A stretch of DNA of 64,000 bases from the human T2T-CHM13v2.0 reference genome, Homo sapiens. Location of the stretch: NCBI RefSeq assembly GCF_009914755.1, contig NC_060937.1; one strand, 5' to 3'. Under the pieces are notes generated by a model. It made no database searches. It saw nothing but the letters and a program-made list of their open reading frames with translations, and was not told the DNA's origin. The translations under genes were made by a program, and so were the position numbers. Positions 63,154 to 64,000 of the stretch are shown here, piece by piece (positions within the stretch are counted from its first letter, which is position 1; each line of letters starts with the position of its first letter).

Positions 63154-64000
63154 TATCGGGGGAAATTCAGCCCCTGATATTTCACGTGGGTCCTTTTCTA
63201 TTTTCCCTAAGTGTTGGCTGGTCTGAGAAATAAAGGGAAAGAGTACAAAGAGAGAAATTTTAAAGCTGGGTGTCCAGGGGAGACATCATATGTCGGCAGG
63301 TTCTGTGATGCCCCCTAAGCCGTAAAACCAGCAAGTTTTTATTAGTGATTTCCAAAAGGGGAGGGAGTGTATGAATAGGGTGTGGGTCACAGAGATCACA
63401 TGCTTCACAAGGTAATAAAATATCACAAGGCAAATGGAGGCAGGGTGAGATCACGGGACCACATGACCAGGGCGAAATTAAAATTGCGAGTGAAGTTTCG
63501 GGCACGCATTGTCATTGATAACATCTTATCAGGAGACAGGGTTTGAGAGCAGACAACCAGTCTGACCAAAATTTATTAGGTGGGAATTTCCTCGTCCTAA
63601 TAAGCCTGGGAGCACTATGGGAGTCCGGGGCTTATTTCTTCCCTTATCTACGACCATAAAAGACAGCCGTCCCCAGAGTGGCCATTTTGGAGGACTACCC
63701 CTAGGCACACATTCTCTGTCTCAGGGCTGTTCCTTGCTGAGAAAAAGAATTCAGCGATATTTCTCCTATTTGCTTTAGAAAGAAGAGAAATATGGCTCTG
63801 TTCTGCCCGGCCCATAGGCAGCCAGACGTTAAGATTATCTCCCTTGTTCCTTGAACGTTGCTGTTATCCTGTTCTTAAGGTGCCCAGATTTGATACTGTT
63901 CAAACACACATGCTCTACAAACAATTTGTGCAGTTAACACAATCATCACAGGGTCCTGAGGCGACATACATCCTCCTCAGCTTACGAAGATGACGGGATT
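63154..64000 (-). mobile_element. MER11 LTR (HERV-K HML-8), running off the window
   Basis: Minus strand aatcccgtcatcttcgtaagctgaggaggatgtatgtcgcctcagg ... gaatttcccccgata. Confidence 0.9.

Overview
Primate (very probably human) nuclear DNA, judged from AluY, LTR12, MER11 and L1PA elements. The window is repeat-dominated and contains no protein-coding gene I recognise. It holds roughly 38 Alus, L1/L2/MIR fragments, MaLR LTRs (MLT1, MST, THE1), DNA-transposon relics and three class-I ERV proviruses: (i) a two-LTR non-coding MER39/MER34-like element with a TTGG target-site duplication (12851-20264, +); (ii) a 3'-truncated MER4 element (44393-48865, +); (iii) a decayed gag-pro-pol provirus with a MER51-like 3' LTR and an internally deleted env (55756 to at least 63153, -), interrupted by an L1PA and a MER11 LTR. 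The most interesting signal is in the CpG-richer first 13 kb. A chain of strong minus-strand splice sites there can be joined into a 4-exon, 170-codon ORF. It starts next to the 5' LTR of provirus (i), which retains far more CpGs than its 3' twin, and an extended CTCF motif lies nearby. Repeat family names come from my memory of consensus sequences, not from a search; boundaries are approximate unless a TSD is quoted.
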